Source: Octopus bimaculoides
Lineage: Eukaryota
DNA: 36,368 bases
NCBI RefSeq assembly: GCF_001194135.2
Contig: NC_068986.1
Coordinates: 58,431,538 to 58,467,905, forward strand
Direction of reading: 5' to 3'
Shown here: piece after piece, positions 32,120-36,368 of the stretch
How positions within the stretch are numbered: the stretch's first letter is position 1
Layout of the letters: each line of letters begins with the position of its first letter
Position numbers and translations under genes: made by a program
Notes under the pieces: model-generated
Seen by the model: the letters and a program-made list of their open reading frames with translations, nothing else
What the model was told of the DNA's origin: nothing
Database searches by the model: none

Positions 32120-35100
32120 CGCTGACGGTGTTGTCTCAAAAAATTGACCCTAAACAGACAAATCCGTTCCCTAATGTCAACGAGCAATATTTACATGCAG
32201 AGAACTCGGTGACGGTGTTGTCTCAAAAAATTGACCCTAAACAAACAAATCCGCCCCCTATTGTCAATGTCGAAGCTCGTATACCTCAATGATAACAAAG
32301 CAAAATACGAACCAGATTAGTCGTGACTGGATCACAAAGGGCCACGTACTCGATATAGATCTGTAAGCCTCTAAGAAGCTACGTTACGAGCAATGTTTAC
32401 ATGTAGAGAACTCGGAGACAGTGCTGTCTCAAAAAATTGACCCCAAACAGACAGATCCGTTCCCTAATATCAACGTCGAAGCTCATCATGCCTCACTGTT
32501 AACAAAGCAAAATACAAACCGGAATGGTCATCGACCGTGTTACAAAGGACCACGTACTGGAATGTTGAACCAGATTCGAGACAAAAAATCAGCTACTGGT
32601 TCAAATCTTCCCGATACACAGGAGCTGGAAGTACCCCACAACCGGAATATTCCAGCAGATGGCGATCCATACTCGTCATCAAATAACCAAAAGAAAAGAA
32701 TGAAAATGGTCTAGGGAAGATAATAAGGAAGTTCTTACGGCCTTCTACCATGCCATATATTTCCCTACAAATAAATCTAATACTGTACAAACCTACTTAA
32801 ACTGGAGACAGAAACATCCTGAAGTAAGACCCTACATAGACAGTAACAAACTTGCCATCATCAGAAGAAACATTATGAAAAAAATTACTAACTGAAGTAG
32901 AGATTGACCAAATTAAACAAGCAGTAAGGGATAAAAAGAACGAAGCTGCCGTTAAAGAAGATACTACAGAGGAAATAATTATAGACCAACACAGGTCTGA
33001 TGAAAATGCAATAATAATTGAAAGAATTAATGTAACTGATAAGCAAAGTGAAATACTCTCTGAACCAACCATTAACACTAATGCCGATGAAAATCAAATA
33101 GATGAAAAATGTCACACAGAAATTGACCCAACAGAACTACATGATCTAAAAAGTCAAATCATGATTGAATGGCTGAAAATTAAAGAAACCAGTATGAATG
33201 AACGCGATACTTTCCCCAAAATTCGCAATTCTAACCAAAACCTGAAAGTAATTGGTAAAATCTGCCTTGCACTTAAGGATATAATTTCAGCTAATGATGT
33301 TCATATCAAAGATCTCAACCACCTGTACTATGCATCCACGAAAATCTCAACGATTCTATGTGGTGAAAAGATTAGAAAACGACAACATTCCCACAAAAAG
33401 CCTAATTGGCAAGAGCGTATCCAGTACTAAATTCAACTACTTAGTTCTGACATAGAATGTTTGAAAAACCTTAAGTTTGACAAGACTACCAATCCTACAA
33501 AAACCCGAAAATTAAAGAAAAAATATAATATGAAAACCATACTTGACATTGATGCCACCATAGAAACCATCAAACAAAAGGTATGTGCTAAAGCTGCCCG
33601 CATAGCAAGGTATGAAAAGCGCGTTAGATTCTTCAAGGACAACATGTTAAAAAATAACCCCAAAAATTTTTACAGGAAGATAGGGGAAACACCAGTTACA
33701 GTAAAGTCTGTCCCATCAGAAGAAGAAGTGCAGGAATCTTGGAATAAAATTTGGGCAGAAAAAAAAAACACGCAATGAAAAGGCCCCTTGGATTGATAGA
33801 ATATCTACAGACTTAGATTCCTTAGAGGAGCAAAAGTGGGAGGGTGTCAAGGTAGAAGATATAAGATCTGCTATCACGTGGTCAAGCAAATGGAAGTCTC
33901 CAGGAAAGGATAAAATTCCTAACTTCTGGTTGAATGCCTTCCCAGAGAGTCATGAACTGCTAACAACAATTTACAGCGATGTTTTGCAACATCCTAGTAT
34001 CATGCCCTCTTGGCTAGTTAATGGTTTAACATTCCTACTTCCAAAAAAAAGAAGAAACAAATGAACCAAAAAATTATAGACCCATAATCAGCTTAACAAC
34101 ATTGTATAAAACGCTAACATCTGTCCTGACTGAATATACCTATAGTTTTTTTTTATATAGAAAGTAGCATAGCATAAAGAATGTAAACATGGATCTCATG
34201 GTTGTAACGATCAGCTACTCATCCATAAGATGATCTTAGAAGATTGTCACAAACGACACAAAAACTTGTCAATAGCCTGGATAGACTATAAAAAAGCTTT
34301 TGATAGCCTACCACATAGCTGGATTAAGAAATGTCTGGAAATGTATAAAATAGCGCCTACTCTGCGAAACTTTTTGTTTGTAAGTATGAGATCATGGAGA
34401 AACCACACTGACTTTGAACAGTGACAATGAATCTCTAAATGCTGAAGATATAGAAATTTCATGTGGCATTTTCCATGCTGACTCACTATCACCACTCCTC
34501 TTTTGTCTAGCCTTAATACCCTCTCAAAATTGCTCAATGATGCACCGTACGGTTATAAAATGTTTGATAAAAATATAAATCATCTCATTTACATGGATGA
34601 TTTAAAGCTATTTGCAAAAAAATGACCAACAACTCCAGGGCTTACTAGCGATTGTTAAACAATTCAGTTGTAACATCAGGATGCAATTTGGCCTCGATAA
34701 ATGAGCAAAAGCTACGGTTATCAAAGGAAAAATAACAGAAACATCTAACGTTAACCTTGACCAGCAGAATGTCATAAAAGAGTTAGAACCAGCGGAGAAA
34801 TACAAATGCCTAGGGGTATTTGAAGGGGGTGGAATCAAACATTCAGTGGTGAGAGAAAGGATCAGAAAAGAATGTAATCGCAGGGTAAGGGCGATATTCA
34901 AGACAGAGTTGAATGCAAGAAACAGGATCGAAGCGACCAATGCTTTAGCCATATCAGTCGTGATTTACAGTTTCAATATCATTAACTGGTCAATTACTGA
35001 AATATGTAATCTGGACAGAAAAATACGCAAATTGTTGCCAATGCATATATTGCACCACACTAAGGCAGATATAGAACGACTTTACCTGCCAAGAAAAGAG

Positions 35101-36289
35101 GTTGGCCGTGGACTTTTACAACTGGAAATAAACAACGAAAATTGCCACAATTGGCCTACACACCTACCTGAAAAACTCTGATGACTGGATGTTAAAACTT
35201 GTCTCAAAGCATGAAAACAAGAAAGCATCAGACTCAGTAACAAAAACAGGCAAAGGAATATCTAAGTGAATTCCAAATATAACAAATTCTAGAATTAGAC
35301 ATACTAGAAACATGCGCAGAAAAAGCTAAGCGCATGAAAACCCGTTCTAAAACTGCTGCCTTAGATATTCTTACTGATAAATGGCAAGAAAAATACCTCT
35401 ATGGCAAATACCCAAAGAGAGCGAATAATGCCGATGTTCACAAAGCCCTTACCCATCAATGGCTAATGGCTTCTGGCTTAAAATCTGAAGCAGAAGGGTT
35501 TATCATAGCAGCCCAAAATCAATGCCTACCTACAATGAACTATCAGGCCAGCATATTAAAGAACGGCAGCTTCCCAACATGTCGTGTATATCAACAACAA
35601 AATGAAACCAGAGTATCTCGACAGGCATGATAAAGCTGCACGATATATTCACTGGGTAATTTGCAAAAACCTGAACTTGTCCCATGACAAAAACTGGTGG
35701 GAACACGAACCACCTCCAGTGCTTGAAAATAATCACATCTCATTACTCTGGAACTTCACCATTCAAACTGACAGAAAGATAGATGCAAATAGGCCAGACA
35801 TCATACTGAAAGACTTCAGACAAAAATCATGCCTCCTCATTGATATGACTGTCCCAATCGATATAAACGTATCTATCAAGACCTACCAAAAACTAAAGAT
35901 CTTGAAATAGAAATTAGCAAAATGTGGAACCTGAAGACTAAAACAATAACTGTTGTCATTGTTGCTCTGGGAATGATAGCAAAAGGGGCTGATTGCTTCC
36001 TAGCTCAGATACCAAGAAACCCAAAAATGGCAGAAATTCAAAAGATAGTGCTCATGGGAACTGCCCATATCATACGTAAAATACTGATTATATTATCTCA
36101 AGTTTTAAAACAAACACATAATTTTCTTATGGTTTCCTAAACATTCTCTAGAACAACACTCTGTACAAAACCAAATATATGGCACTCTAGGCATAACACC
36201 AACATGAACTTCTAACTTGTTGTTTCTTAAGGTCTCTGGGTGAGACTTGGAGCCAACTTGTACAAATGTAAAGCAAAAGTCAAGCATAA

Positions 36290-36290
<1 letters not shown>
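32120..36290 (+). mobile_element. Near-full-length R4/Dong-type non-LTR retrotransposon, inactivated (multiple frameshifts and stops)
   Basis: N-terminal region WSREDNKEVLTAFY...RPYIDSNKLAIIRRNI. RT motifs KSPGKDKIPNFWL, NYRPI, IDYKKAFDSLPHSW (~34280), DSLSPLLF and YMDD (34590-34601). C-terminal SEAEGFIIAAQNQCLPT, RHD, NRPDII, LIDMTVP and MWNLKT...QKIVLMGTAHI. A 3' UTR follows, then (TAA)n. Confidence 0.92.
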
Positions 36291-36356
<66 letters not shown>

Positions 36357-36360
36357 TAAT
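36290..36360 (+). repeat. (TAA)n tail/target array of the R4/Dong element
   Basis: Directly visible, immediately after the 3' UTR. Confidence 0.95.
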
Positions 36361-36368
36361 GGGTATCA

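Noticed and set aside
32123-32558. CRISPR-like repeat-spacer array (also considered for 10057-10107 and 17761-18416)
   Set aside because: The context is eukaryotic, the repeats are long or directly tandem without unique equal-length spacers, and there are no cas genes.
32997-33030. CTGATGA-AAATGCAATAATAATT-GAAA in the R4/Dong coding region; also GTGACGA...GAAACGAGAAAT at ~8062-8095
   Set aside because: Stem II is only a weak AT pairing or absent, and stems I and III are missing.

Overview
Eukaryotic, AT-rich, microsatellite-dense non-coding DNA with nine or more N gaps. The SINE families and repeat landscape resemble octopus/cephalopod genomes; this is an inference from recalled repeat motifs, not a database hit. 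I found no intact host protein-coding gene, rRNA, tRNA or CRISPR array. Most of the supplied ORFs are artefacts of microsatellites or N gaps. The recognisable content is decayed mobile DNA: (1) a near-full-length frameshifted R4/Dong-type non-LTR retrotransposon (RT plus restriction-like endonuclease, TAA tail, ~32120-36360) and two smaller RLE fragments; (2) an L1/Tx1-type RT fragment and a possible RTE fragment; (3) several Penelope-like element (PLE) pieces, namely a Neptune-type thumb+GIY-YIG ORF, an oppositely oriented second GIY-YIG type and a degenerate RT; (4) an internally deleted mariner, a MITE-like foldback and many tRNA-derived SINEs; (5) a U6 snRNA retropseudogene with an 8-bp target-site duplication. 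The most notable hidden layer is six minimal hammerhead-ribozyme-like motifs on both strands. One of them (22708-22753) has all three stems and sits inside a 54-bp inverted repeat that could sequester it.
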